Shown in pieces: positions 1 to 13,005 of a stretch of DNA of 64,000 nt. A program made the translations under genes and the position numbers. Within the stretch, counting starts at the first letter, position 1. Every line of letters starts with the position of its first letter. The notes beneath the pieces were generated by a model, which ran no database searches, was not told the DNA's origin, and worked only from the letters and a program-made list of their open reading frames with translations. The DNA comes from Mobula hypostoma (Eukaryota), in NCBI RefSeq assembly GCF_963921235.1, contig NC_086106.1:53072001-53136000 (forward strand), in the 5' to 3' direction.

Positions 1-179
1 ATGGCCTAATTCTGCTCCTATGTCTTATGGGCACCCCTGCCCCCCAGCAATGCCAAAGATATTGCCTTTCAAATCTGGTGTTAAAATGTGACTTTTGCAA
101 ATGGACATAAAAGGTTTCATTGCACCTTCTCAAAATAAATTTAAGTGAGTCCTGGCCAATATTTTGCAAGTTCAAAATA

Positions 180-1805
180 CAGTGCTGATCAAAAGTATTC
201 ACCTGCCTTGGAAGTTTTCATGTTTTATTGTTTTACAGCATTGAATCACAGTAGAATTAATTTGGCTTATTTTTTGGACACTGATTAAAAGGAAAAGACG
301 CTTTTATGTCAAAGTGAAAACTGATCTCTACAAAGTGATCTGAATTAATTCAAATATAAAATACAAAGTAATTGCATAAATATTCACCTCCTTCAGTATG
401 ACACACCAAATCATCACTGGTGAGCCAATTGGTTTTAGAAGTCACATAATTAGTTAAGTAGAGATTACCGTGTGCTGTCAAGGTGCTTCAATTGATTATA
501 GTAAAAATACACAAGTATCTGGAAGTTCCAACTGCTGGTGAGTCAGTATTCTGACAAAAACTACATCAAGAAGACAAAAGAACACTCCAAGCAACTCCCC
601 AAAAAAGTTATTGAAAAACACAATTCAGGTGATGAATACAAGAAAATTTCCAAGGCACTGAATATCTCTTGGAGTACAGTTATGTTAGTTATCAATAAAT
701 GGAAAGAATATGGCACTACTGTAAATCTGTCTAGAATGGTCTGATAAAAACTGAATGACTGTGCAAGAAGGGGACAAGTGAGGGGACCACCAAAGGACCT
801 ATGAGAACTCTGGAGGAGTTGCAAGCTTTAGTGGCTGAGATGGGAGAGACTGCGCATACAACAACTGTTGCCTGGTTGCTTCATCAGTTGCAGCTTTATG
901 GGAGAGTGGCAAAGAGAAAGCAACTGTTGAAAAAATCTCACATGAAATCTCGGCTGGAGTTTGCCAGAAGACGTGTGGGAGACTCTGAAGTCAGCTAGAA
1001 GAAGGCTCTATGGTCTGATGAAAACAAACTTGAGCTTTTTGGCCTTCAGACCAAATGCTATGTTTGGTGTAAGCTAAACAATGCGCATAATCAAAAACAC
1101 TCCATCCCTACCATAAAGCAATGTGGTGGCTGCATTGTACTGTGGGGATGTTTCAATGCAACAGGCCCTAGAAGGCTTGTGAAGGTAGAGGGTAAAATGA
1201 ATGCAGCAAAATACAGGGAAATACTGGAGGAAAGCCAGATGCTGTCTGCAAGAGAACTGCAGCTTGAGAGAAGATTTGTTTTACAGCAAGACAATGTCCC
1301 TAAGCATAATACCAAAGCTACACAGGAATGGCTTAAGAACAACAACGTTAATGTCCTGGAGTGGCCATATCAGAGTCCAGACCGCAATCCAATTGAGAAT
1401 TTGTGGCTCAACTTGAAAAAAGCTGTTAACTCATGGTGATCCCCATGCAATCTGACAGAGCTTGAGCAGTTTTGTAAAGAAGAATGGGGAAAAATTGCAG
1501 TGTCCATATGTGCAAAGCTGATAGAAACCTATCTATTACAGACCTCAAGTCTGTAATTGCTGCCAAAGGTACATCTACTAAATACTGACTTAAAGGGGGT
1601 GAATACTTGTGCAATCAATTATTTTGTGTTTTATATTTGTAATTAATTTAGATCACTTTGTAGAGATCTGTTTTCACTTTGATGCGAAAAAGTCTGTTTC
1701 TGTTGATCAGTGTCAAAAGTCAAATTAAATCCACTGTGATTCAATGTTGTAAAACAATAAAACATGAAAACTTCCTAGGGGAGTGAATACTTTTTATAGG
1801 CACTG
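180..1805 (+). mobile_element. Full-length Tc1/mariner DNA transposon (IR/DR type), transposase inactivated
   Basis: TA TSD (178-179, 1806-1807). About 210-bp terminal inverted repeats starting CAGTG...AAAAGTATTCAC, with an internal repeat of AGTATTCAC. Broken transposase of about 570-1588 with paired-like HTH, GRVAKRK, WSDE, QQDNVPKH and WPYQSPDRNPIENLW motifs. Confidence 0.95.
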
Positions 1806-1807
1806 TA

Positions 1808-3855
1808 CAGGTATACAGCCAAACAAAGCAACGTTCCTCCGGACCAAAGTGTACAACCCAGTGCATATAACTCAACACATTAAGTAACATTTTCACAAAT
1901 AAATTAACACATAGTAAAATTTATTCCAGAAGATTGTCATTTAACAAAAGCTGCATTTACAGTGCAAGTTAAAAAGTAAACAGTACAACACCGCTGGAAC
2001 TTCATATGTGAAGAGACCTGGGTGGTGGCAGAGTTCAGTATTTTTATAGCCTGGGGGAAGAAGCTGTTTTCCATCCTAATAGTCCAATATAGCAGGAAGA
2101 TGGCACTTAATATGATCCATAACCAGCTGCTCAAAGCACTTCATTATTGTGAGGACAGTGCCACTGGACGGTAGACGCTAAGGCAGGTTACTGTCACTCT
2201 TTTAGGCACTGAGATGATGGTGGCTGCATTGAAGCCTGTGGGAACAGTAGACTGTTCCGTCTGTTAAATGGGCTGCACAGTCCCTCAGCACCTGACCAGG
2301 TATGTTTTCAAGCCTCGTAGCTTTACATGAGTTGGCCCTGGCAAGAGTCACATCAGCTTTGGCCAGGCAGAATGCCTGCTCCTCTGGCCCTCCTTCCCTC
2401 GCTGGCACATTGTTCCGTGCATAAAAGACACTCAGCCCATCAGGAAGAGCGGCGTCATTGTCGTTGATGTACAGTGTGGACTCATTGCCAATTATGGTCT
2501 GACTGCCTTGCCAAATGTGCCTTGTGTCTCTGGTGACACAGAAATGGCTGGATATTCGCTGCGAATATTCCCACTTTCCTTCATGTGGGAAAGCGCAGCT
2601 GTTGCTGACCTGAGAGCTGTCTTATCCCCCAAACTGAAGGCCTCATTCCGATCTCTCAGCAGTGCCCCAATCTCTGCTGTCAGCCATGCCTTCTGATTTG
2701 CCCTCATAGATGTATGTTTAATAATGGTGATATCCTCAATACATTTTTCTCGATAGCCATTCATAGATCCCACATATTCGTCGACATTAATGTGATGGTC
2801 ATAGGTAACCACATGTTCCAGTCTGTGTTTTCAAAACTGTCCTACAATGCCGAGTTTGCTTGTTCTGGACAGGTCTTTATCTCCCTTTGAGCTAGTTTGA
2901 CTGTTTATTTTGTATGCAGGAATTAGCATAACAGATAAAGTAGTCAGATTATCCAAGGTAGGGGTGTGGAGCAACCTTGTATGCAAAATGGATGTTGCTA
3001 TAAACCAGGTCTAATGTATTCTCACCTCTGGTAGTGAAGTCAACATACTGACTGAATTTAAGCAGGACCACTCTTAAGTTGGCATTGGTGAAATCGGTAT
3101 AGAAACCATCAGGGCACGTAGCTTGGATGTCACTGGCACTGTCGAGCTGATGCAGTGCTTACCCAGCGTTAGCATGGGGGGGGTGGTGGTGCAGGTGTAT
3201 ACCACCATAATCACAATGGCAGTGAACTCCCTTGGGAAGTAGAAGGGCCTGCACTTAACTGTTAAAGACTGTGGGTCGTCACCTCTGAAGCATTCACACA
3301 CCAGTTCTTATTATGTAGATACACAGCCTTCCTCCGTGGGTCTTACCAGAGGTCGTGGGATTTCTGTCCGGCTGAAAAGAGATAAAACTTCTAGCTGGAT
3401 GGCGGCTTCCTGAAGCCATGTTTCTGTCAGAGGGAGCACGCAGCTTTCCTTCATCTAAAGCTGATTCAATTGCAGATGCAGGAAATATAGTTTAATTTCT
3501 AGCAATCAAACTTTTTAAAGCACAATTGATGGGAGAGCCGGCCTGAAGGGTTTCACCCTTAGTCTTGCACGAATACCAGCACACTTTCTGTGTTTGTTTT
3601 TCCACACAGTGCTTCTGACACCTTTGGGTGGCATAGCAATGATATGTTACACAATAAGCCTATGCTGCGCAGCTCCTCTCCTATCCAGCAACTTGCCAGT
3701 GAAATAGACTTGCAGTACTTGATGTTCTTAATTTCCATCAGTGTCTTGCTGTCAGAAGAAAGACATAAAGGACAAACAATTACACCATAAGCTGAAGCCT
3801 GAAATGCCCGCTGCAACTGGGCGTACTGCCACCTTGTTGAGAAAAGCCATCTTTG
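1808..3855 (-). mobile_element. Rex1/Babar-type LINE relic (endonuclease and RT fragments, 3' UTR)
   Basis: Minus-strand fragments CRPFYFPREFTAIVIMVVY, ANQKAWLT, IPGQVLRDCAAHL and NSFFPQAIKILN, typical of Rex1 ORF2, with many stops and deletions. Confidence 0.8.
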
Positions 3856-3950
3856 CGAGCCTCCCCAAGAGCTCTACCAACGCTCCAAATGCAACCTGCT
3901 CCCAACCATCATTCCCGTAAGGATGTTGGACCTTCCCATTTGATGTATAC

Positions 3951-4817
3951 TGTGACAAGAATACACATAGATTAAGATGTTAGCTGTCCTGTGTGATCAG
4001 CAGTTGGTCTGCCACCTGTCTTCAGGAGAGAGAGAGATAAGGAAAACAATGGCGCAGCATTTGGAAATGTGTAATGAAGGGACGGGAGAGAGAGTAACGG
4101 AAGGAGGGAGCTGTCAAGAGCGGCTCCCCCTTTGAACCCTGAACTGTTTGAAGTGATGGACAAGCGATACCCCAGCAGGGGAATAAAAAGGGACAGGTTC
4201 GCTAAGGCAGCACACACACGACACCCGAGGTAACGAGACCCTGGAAGCGGTGCGCCTCTCACAAGTCAGTGGGAAGCTTTTGGACGGCTGATCGCGGGAT
4301 CAAGCCATAGACGCTCAGGGTGGAAAGGCACGATCGGCGGGAACCTGGTGTGTGTCCACCCTTGCCTGGGTGCCAGGTTCACCGCAGGGAAACGATTCGT
4401 ATCTGGAAACGGAGGGGTCACGGTCGGTGACCTCAGATGACATCACAAAGGGCTCGCACGAAAGCTGACTGCGAAGGTCTGTGTGTGGAAGCCGTTTGAA
4501 TATTCATTCGTTTTTGCTCTCTTTCTCCTTCCCCCCGCTGTCTGCGAACTGAACTGAACTAAAATTGAACTGAACTTTGCGTCACTTTGAAATTGGTCAT
4601 TTACCCCTAGACAACGATAGAGCTTGATTGATCCTGTTATCTTAATTCTGTGCACATGTATGTTTATCATTGTTGAACTGTTGCATTTATTATCCTTTTG
4701 ATTAGAGTACTGTGTTGCTTGTTTCTTTAATAAAACTTTCTTAGTTCTAGTAATCCAGACTCCAACTGAGTGATCCATTTCTGCTGGTTTGGCAACCCAG
4801 TTACGGGGTACGTAACA
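3951..4817 (+). mobile_element. Solo LTR (family A, copy 1)
   Basis: TGTGAC...GTAACA ends, 4-bp TSD ATAC (3947-3950, 4818-4821), AATAAA near 4728, CpG-rich, homologous to 27251-28082. Confidence 0.9.
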
Positions 4818-7774
4818 ATACCCTGTCTGCTTTGTACAGATCCCATTGACCAGGAATATAAAGTTCTCTCTTGTGCATCATTTCTTCAACCACTCATCCA
4901 TCTAACCTACCCTCTATTCATTCACTGATTTCCATACTTGATACAAAGAGTTTTGTGATTTGATATCCTGGTATTCCTACATCAGTGGCAATATTTTTGC
5001 TAATTGTAATTCCAGTCAAGTCGAAATGTTGAAATATTACCTTACTGCTTGAGGAGAGTTTCACCAGTCACTGATTCTGACAGTATATGTCATATGTTAT
5101 AACTAATATGTCTGAGCAAAATACAAAGTTTCACTTTTATAAACTCTACATTTGTGCTTGATGGAAATGCGGCATCATTTATTTTGATTTGGAATAAATA
5201 AAGCTTGTGTTTTGTTAATGAACCATTAAATAAACTTGCTTTACAGTTAATGAGGTAGGTGATGTGTTTTATTCAGTGTGTTGTGTTCTGAAATGCATTG
5301 TTTGAGTTGCTGGGAAGAGCAGATTCAAATGTTCACAAAGAAATTAGACAGACTTTAAAAATTTTCAGGACAACACAGAAGAAACTGAGAGGCAGGAGAA
5401 CTTTCAAAATGTTAACACAGTTTGGTGGGTTGAAAGGCAGTTGTCTGTTTTCTATTATTCTATGCCGTTTTCGTATGCTAGTTGAACCATATGTGCTATT
5501 ATAGCTTTGAATGCCAAAACAATTTTGCTGTTGAATTATGTAAAGAATGATGTGCTGCTCAAAGCACTTTCTGGGGCTGTTTGAATAACATTCTTACTCC
5601 ATAAGCACAATGCACAGCTATCTAAAGCCCAAGGTCTTGTTTAGTCCAAGAACACTCACCATATTAAATAGTTTTCTCTTCATCCCATATTATGCTGTCT
5701 GAGTTTCACATCATTAGTTAGTATGCTCATTTTAACATATTAGCAGTTCAGTCACCATTATGCTCAATGTTATTCAGGAATGTCTTAGGCCATGAATATA
5801 ATGGAATCTTTAAATCAAGATGAAAGCTATAAAGTTATTGATTTTTCCTAGGTTGGGTTCTAAGACTTAATGGAGTGAATGAAACTGGATATGGCCCACT
5901 GCTCTCTATGCCTACATTCCCACACTCACCAGGCCCAGGTGAGGTAGGCTGCTACTGTATTGCCAAGCCTTCACATTGAGACACATCTAGAAGCTGATGG
6001 AATGTTCCGACAGCCTAGCCTTTGATAAATGGCAAGCTAGGGTTGGAGCTTTGCTTTCAGTAAAGACTTCAGGGGTATTTTTTATAGTTCTTATATGTCT
6101 CTGATATTCAGAGATAATTAAAAACTATTAAAATTGCTGCGTATATTATTTCTTTTTTGTTAAAAATTAAAACATGTTAAACACTATTAATGAAAAGTAT
6201 TAAAACATATGTTTAAAAGAATAAATAATATGCCATACCTACAGTAATTCCTATAAATTTTCACAACTGGAATTGCATATAAATCAAGGAGGTCTGTAAA
6301 TACATGCCCTGTATGATTGGCGTAGGATCAGAGATTTAGATTCCATAGTATAATACCAGGGAATCCCTGCATGATGGAGCTCCACTTTGAAGTCTCCATG
6401 CTATCTGGTGACAGAGATAGTCATCAGTCACTCAGCATGTCTTGGACTTAAAGCAGGTTCTCCCAAGTCTGGACCTAGATGCAGGGGATAGCTGAATGCC
6501 AGCAGTTCCCTTTGGAGCAACCGGTCCCATTCAGCTCTATTCAGTTCTTTAACTTGAAAACCTAACTGAATCAAACAGGAGGAGGGATGTTAGATTTGTA
6601 GGAGATCATCAAGTGATGGCGTTACTGCTGAATTATCTTGAGTACGTGTCATGGTCACAACCAAATGCTATCATCTGGGGAAAACTGGTCATCTAGTGTA
6701 CTTCACATTTTTATTGAAGAAATGTATTTCACTGAAAGCTGTGGTGAAAATAGCACACTGGAAGCTATGCCTTGCATTTATTGTACTGCTGTACTAACCT
6801 TTCAAGTGCCTGAAAGCTGCTTTGGTAACTTGGAGTGAACCTATGAGCAGAACAACCATTATCATTTAGTAAGGTCCAACCAGTAGACATGTTATAATAA
6901 AACTGTATAATTAAACTATGATGTCCTTTGGAAGAGGAGCATTGCACATGAACATCAAGGAACTTCCTTCTTTTCAAGTAGTACCAGAGATTCTTTTGCC
7001 AAGAAATCAGTCTACATTGGTTTCTCGGTGTTAAAGTGTCAAAAGATTTATAAAGTTTAGAAAATATGGCATTGTCAGTTTGCTTCATGATTCAGAAATG
7101 ATTGCATTACTGATAACGTTTAGATATGTAATTGAGAGCTCACCTACCTGCCCTTATAAACTCACCTGAATATTATATCTATCAATATGATTTTTAGCTG
7201 TAGGTGAATAAATCTACTTGTAGATAGTTGTACTAGTGATTCGTGAGATCAAGATCTCAAATTTCAATGATGTAGAGAAGCTGCTGAATCACATAATCAC
7301 AGGAAGAGTATCGTCTGTTCAAATGAACCACATTGACTCTCCAGGATCATAGTGACTCATAGACTTCACTCGTTTCCTTGTAAAACTGCATTCAGAAACC
7401 TTGATTGCACTCACTTCCTGTGTTTTGAGAAAGTCTGTAATGCACACCAGTGCCCATGACAGCTCTGAAAGCAGGCAAAGTTCAGTCTTGAGTAGAGAAT
7501 TTCACTGACCTTCCGAATCCAATGCTATAGCAGAATGTGGAGTTGAGGGTATGATGACTTTGAATTTAACTGTGAAAGCAGCTCAGGTGTATGCTTGAGT
7601 TTAAGAGTTGATATGGCCACAGATGTGAGTAAGTGCTATCTTGTAGAAGTGTAAACTGTGTATAGGTCTCTTCTCCGGGAATGGATGTCGCCTGGGATGA
7701 AATGTTTTAGTTATAGAGATAAAATGGAGAGGCTAGGTCTCTTTTACCGGTAGCAGAGGAAGAGGGGATATGTT

Positions 7775-8080
7775 TAAGGTAGGTAAAAAGCTGAGTATTA
7801 AATAGGGTTGTAACTTTCAACTTTGCAATATAGAACAACATCCCTTTTGAACAGAGATGAGGTGGAATTTCTTTAGTCAGAGTGATGAATCTGTGGATTT
7901 CATTACCACAGATGGCTGTGGCGGTCAAGTCATATTTAAAGCTGAGGTTGATAAAACCTTGATTAGTAAGGGTATCAAGGAGAATAGTGTTGAGAGGGGA
8001 AATAAATCAGCTTTGATTGAATAGCAGAGCAGACTCAATGGGCCAAATGGCTTAATGCTACTCCTATTTTTTATGGTATT
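7775..8080 (+). mobile_element. CR1 LINE 3' end fragment
   Basis: gaacagagatgagg..gaatttctttagtcagagtgatgaatctgtgg...gggccaaatggcttaat matches the CR1 3' ends repeated at 25280-25560, 30890-31150 and 37050-37315. Confidence 0.75.
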
Positions 8081-9829
8081 GCCCAAGAAAATTTTTCAGC
8101 TTTTTATACCTCTAAAAAGGGCTTTGCTAGGAGTTAGACAGCTCCTTTTGTTCTCCCCTGCAATGCCAGACTGGAATGGAACTTGAGCTCATTTGTTAAG
8201 TTGACACCAAGTTATCAGTTCATTTATCCATAGCACAAATATGTTTGCTAAGAAACTAAATAGAAGCAATATTCAGGAGTATGTATAGTTTTCTTCTTGT
8301 GAAAGAAATTAGATTTTGTAGCAATGAAATCTTTTATATAAAAAGACATCTGTGGTGAATACCATATTAACAGATTAAATTCAGGGGTTATTTTTCTAAC
8401 CATGTCAGTACAGGAACAACTTAGCATTTATTATGGCATTGGAGAGATATATTGAGAAACTATATTTTTCATTTTAAAAAGTAGTTTTTTTTTAATGCAA
8501 TAGATGCCTATATCAGCTAGTTAATGATCCCATGTCCTGGCTAGAATTAAGTAAAACCATTTATTGTAGTGAAGGTGCGACAAATGAATGCTTGTTAACT
8601 GGGGAAGCTGGTATTAGAATTAATTTGCTTCGTTCTGAGTGATAGGATAAGATGCTCTTATAGATTTGTGTTCTTAATTTATGATTTTGCTGCTGGTGTA
8701 CAGTTCATAGTAGAGATTCTGATGCTTTATTTTTACATTTCTGTTGCTTTTACTTCAAAGAGGGCATCTAACAATTTTATTGCCAAATCTAGATACAACC
8801 AGATTTTAACCGTTAAACATGGTTATATGCACACCTGTGCTACCAGTTATGGATAATTATAGCTTGGACACAGTATTCTTTATGTATTAGGAATTTCAAT
8901 TCCTGCTTCATGTAGATGTACTGGGAAGATTGTCCTTGATGTGCATAAACATCATCAACAAAATATAGCTTCATTGTGGAAATTATTTTACACAAAATCT
9001 TGATGTTTTGAATCAGAATTTTTTCTTGCTTTAAACCCAAATCTGTCTAACAATTTTCCATATGTTGCTGCTACCTAACTTCGGTGCTGGTGAAGTCTTC
9101 GGTAATGCGTTTGCACAGAGGAGCATATGATTCAGAGCATTTAGAAAATCTTTACTTGTAAACTAATTTCCGTCAGTTCAGAGCTGAGGCAATCATTCAG
9201 CTACAAGACATTATTAGAATATCACAAGGTACAATCAGATTGTTCATGCGTGATTTCAATAGACTTTGTTTCTAGCCCCTCACTCTGTTGTCATGTTCAG
9301 TTTTTATTTTTTCTAGCAGCAGAAAATTTGGAAATTTGTTGAACAAGAGTGAATCAGATTCATACTATGCCAATAAATTTACACAAATGTTACTACCTTG
9401 TGAAAGCAGAGCACTTTGTATGAAACTGAATTAGTATGTTGTGGAGCAGGCAGTCAGTGGACAAGGCAGCATTGCGGTCAAGACCAGATTGGTGTTGTGA
9501 GGCTGTAGTGATTGTTGGTGGATAGAGTGATTCTCATTTTGCTTGCTCAACTGTAGCCAACCAAGTGGAGGCTGTTAACATTGAAGACCTAAATAAAGCC
9601 TGAGTATTGGTGTCTGAAGTTTGGGTAGTTGAGTACAGACGTTTGAGGCCTGATTTGAGCAGAGGCTGGATGCCGAATTTGAAGGCATAATTAACGTCCA
9701 CTGATTGGTTAAAGAACAGTGTTTATTGACAAATGAGCCGTAACTGGAATAATTGGTGTTGAATGATCACATCAACGGTCTAATCATGGCCACGGTCCGG
9801 AGTGGATATATTGTAAAGCCCAAGATTTA

Positions 9830-12480
9830 TGAGCAGAATGAGGCTATTTGGCTCATCTAGACTGCTCACCATCCCATCATGTCTGATTTATTGTCCCCCT
9901 CAGCTCCATTCTCTTGCCTTCATCCCCATTCTCCTGCCTTCATCCCATAACCTTTGACACCCTGACTAATTAAGTACCTATCAACTTCCACTTTAAGTAT
10001 GCCCAATGACTTGTTCACCACAGCCATACATGGCAATGAATTCCACAGATTCACTACCCTCTGGCTACATAAATTCTTTCTCATCTCTGTTCTAAATAGA
10101 CATACCTTTATTCTGAGATTCCTCCCTCTTCTTTCTAAACTCCAGCGAGCACAAACCCAGAGCCATTAAATGTTCCTCATATGTTTACACTTCAATTCCT
10201 GGAATCATTCTTGTGAACCTCTTCTGGACCCTTTCGAATGCTAGCACATTTTAGACCAGGGCCCAAAATTGCTCACAGTACTCAAAGTGTGGTCTGACTA
10301 ATGTCTTATAAAGTCTCAGCAACACATCCTTGCTTTTATATTCTAGTTCTGTTGAAATGAATGCTAACGTTGTGTATGCTTTCCTTACCACCGACCCAAC
10401 CTGCAAGTTGACCTTTAGGGAATCCGGTATGAGGACTCCCAAGTTCCTTTGCACTTACTGATTAAAAAAAAATTCTCCCCATTTAGAAAATAGTCTCTTC
10501 CTTTATTCCTTCTATCAAAGTGCATGAACATACGTACCAACACATATCTGCCACTTCTTCATCTATTCTCCCAATCTGTCCAAGTCCTTCTGTAGACTCT
10601 CTACTTCCTCAACAATACCTGTGCCTCCATCTATCTTTGTATCATCCACAAACTTAGCCACAAAGGCATCAATTCCATCATCCAAATTATTGACATAAAA
10701 TGTGAAAAGAAGCAATCCCAACAGTGACCTTTGTTGTACACCGCTAGCCGCCGACAGCCAATGAGAAAATGCCCCTTTAATTCCCACTCTTTGTGTCCTG
10801 CTAGTCAGCCAATGCTGTATCCATGCTAGTATTTCTCCTGTAATACCATGGGCTCTTATCTTTGTTAAGTAGCCTCATGTGCAACACCTTGTCTAAAGCT
10901 TTCTGGAAATCCAAGTATACAACATCCACTGACTCTCCTTTGTCTAATGTGCTTGTTATTTCCTCAAAGAATTCAAACAGATTTGTCAGACAAGATTTTT
11001 CCTTGAGAAAACCATGCTGACTTTGGTTTTATTTTATTATGTGCCCCTAGGTACCACGAAACTACATCCTCAATAATGGACTCCAACATCTTCCAGCCAC
11101 TGACGGCAGACTAAATAACCCATAATTTTTTTTTCTGCCATCCTCCTTTCTTATTGATTGGAGTGACACTTGCAATTTTCCAATCCTCCAGAACCATTCC
11201 ACAATCTAGTGATTCTTGAAAGATCATTACTAATGTCTGCACAGTCTCTTCACCTACCTCTTTCAGAACCCTGGAGTGTAATCCATCTCGTCAACTGACT
11301 TATCCACCTTCAGACCTTTCAGCTTTCCAAGCACCTTCTCCTTAGTAATAGCAACTACACTCACTCTGCCCCCTGACATTCTTGAATTTCTGGCATACTG
11401 CTAGTGTCTTCCACAGTGACACAAAATACTTTGTCCACCATTTCTTTGACTGCATTATTACCTTTCTAGCTCATTTTCCGGTGGTCTAATATCCACCCTC
11501 TTACTTTTGATATATCTGAAAAAAAATTATGGTATCCTTTTTGTTATTGGGTGGCTTGCCATATTTCAGCTTTTCTCTCTTTATGGTTTTTTTTGGATTT
11601 TTTTGTGTATTTTTAAGAGCTTCCTGATCCTCTTAACTTCCCACTGATTTTTGCTATATTATTTGGCCTCTCTTCTGCTTTTATTTTGTCTTTGACTTTG
11701 CTTGTTAGACATGGTTGTGTCATCCTCCCTTTAGAATGCTTCTTCATCTTTGGTATGTATGTATATGTGGCGGGAGGAGAAGATGGCGGCGCGCTTGCGT
11801 GCACGCAGCCCTCCGGTGAAAAATGATATCGTATCTGTTAAATAGGGGCCGTGGACAATTCTGATTTGATGGAGTATGGACGTGAAAGCACACAGGAGCA
11901 TCTGGAGAAATTTCTGAAACGCCCGTTCACTGCTGTCGTTACTGTGTGATTGGGAATCTTTCAGAGGGTAGGCCTCAAATCCCCCAGCCTTGCCTGCTTT
12001 TGGCGACCGAGAAGGAGGTTGAATCGTTCGGACAGAGATGGCACTCAGTGCTCGGTGTCGGAGAGCTGATCAGAGCTCGAAGTTTTCGGATGACTCAGAG
12101 TCAGATTATGGTTGGCATGGTAGGGAGAGTTTTTCTTCCTTCTCCCGTCTGCGTGAGATGTGGGACATTTGAGAAACTTTGAACTTTACTGTGCTCATGG
12201 ACTTCTTCGTCAAGTTATGGTATTGTTGCACTGTTGTAACTATATGTTATAATTATGTGGTTTTGTCAGTTTTTTCAGTCTTGGTCTGTCCTGTGTGTGA
12301 TATCACACCGGAGGAAATAATGTATCATTTCTTAATGCATGCATTACTAAATGACAATAAAAGAGGACTACGTGTCTTCATAATCTATTTATCGTGCACC
12401 TTACGAATTGCTCCCAGAAGCTCCAACCATTGCTGATCTGCAGTCATTCCTATGACCCCTTTCCCTTTCCTACCTACGTC
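9830..12480 (-). mobile_element. CR1 LINE relic (RT region to 3' tail), interrupted at 11767-12385
   Basis: Minus-strand peptides SGVQQRSLLGLLLFTFYVNNLDD, KFVDDTKI and LYKTLVRPHFEYCEQFW. Confidence 0.88.
11767..12385 (+). mobile_element. Short non-coding retroposon (LINE-derived, SINE-like) nested in CR1
   Basis: CpG-rich head with AAGATGGCGG, no protein homology, and a 3' end aatgacaataaa...taatc resembling the Rex1 tail at 26795-26832. CR1 sequence resumes on both sides. Confidence 0.65.
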
Positions 12481-12579
12481 GTTGATACCAATATGCTCAC
12501 TTTCCTCCTTTCAAATGCTGTAGACCTGATTCTTCACATCGCTGAACTTAGCACCTGGAAGGCACCACTATCATATTAT

Positions 12580-13005
12580 AGAGTCATAGTGTCATACAGC
12601 ATGGAAACAGCCCCTTCTGCCCAACCATTTTATGTCAACTGTGTTGCTTAGCAAGCTACTCCCGTCTGTCAACATTTAATCCGCAGTGCTCTAAACATCT
12701 ATCCATGTTCTTGTCTAGATTGCTTTTAAAAGTTGCTAATGTGCCTGCCTCCGCCACTATTTCTGGCAGCTGATTCCAAATACTCACTAATCTTTGCATG
12801 AAGAAGCAAGCTGCTCCCAAAGTTCCTTTTAAATCTGTCAATCCTGATTTTAAACACATGATTTTTTGTTTTTAGCGTCCACTGCCCAGGAAAAAGGCAA
12901 TGCATTTTTACCCTGTGTATGACCCTCATGATCCTATATATCTCTACCAGATGACCCTTCAATCTCCTGGATTCTAGGGGAATGAAGTACTAGTCAATGA
13001 AACCT
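12580..13005 (-). mobile_element. CR1 LINE 3' end fragment (second subfamily)
   Basis: Minus-strand peptides KGHLVEIYRIMR and FFMQRLVSIWNQLPEIVAEAGTLATFKSNLDKNM, the CR1 ORF2 C-terminus. Confidence 0.8.

Noticed and set aside
9105-9161. MRLHRG... short ORF as an alternative KLHL13 first exon
   Set aside because: It ends in a stop before any phase-2 donor, and the resemblance to remembered isoform N-termini is only a few residues.
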